The translations under genes were made by a program, and so were the position numbers. Source: Macrostomum lignano (lineage: Eukaryota). From it: DNA of 64,000 nt. Below the pieces are notes generated by a model. It was not told the origin of the DNA and ran no database searches. It saw nothing but the letters and a program-made list of their open reading frames with translations. Below, one piece after another: positions 59,152-64,000 of the stretch. Location of the stretch: positions 124,001 through 188,000 of the forward strand of contig NIVC01001574.1 in the NCBI GenBank assembly GCA_002269645.1, given 5' to 3'. Position 1 is the stretch's first letter. Every line of letters begins with the position of its first letter.

Positions 59152-64000
<4,849 letters not shown>

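Overview
This is an intron-containing animal genomic window dominated by nested mobile DNA. A flatworm such as Macrostomum is a guess from composition only. It has three parts. (1) 1.6-24.8 kb is a large inverted duplication (arms about 1632-5117 plus 9917-12219, mirrored by 19102-24752). Each arm carries two spliced host genes that the ORF track misses: a 4-exon, two-domain Ly6/three-finger-like surface protein and a 2-exon secreted cystine-knot (C-C-CC-C-C) peptide precursor. The left arm alone holds a hAT-type MITE and a tyrosine-recombinase (Ngaro/DIRS-like) retroelement inserted in a fossil Gypsy RT. The spacer holds a deleted piggyBac, a CCCAGTTCA satellite and a LOA/R1-like LINE. (2) 24.9-29 kb is minisatellites and unresolved sequence. 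(3) From about 29 kb to 59 kb is an AT-rich Polinton/Maverick (adintovirus-like) endogenous virus. It encodes a pX-like protein, pPolB, a fibre-like protein, adenain protease, minor and major capsid, packaging ATPase, an HNH-like ORF and a PLA2-integrase fusion. It has been hit by a solo LTR, a full Gypsy element (whose Gag-Pol carries a cold-shock domain and which itself contains a second LINE), a 338-bp insert, and a third near-intact LINE that runs off the window end. Many ORFs are broken by single-base indels in homopolymers, which may be mutations or assembly errors. All identities and alignments were judged by eye; no searches were run.
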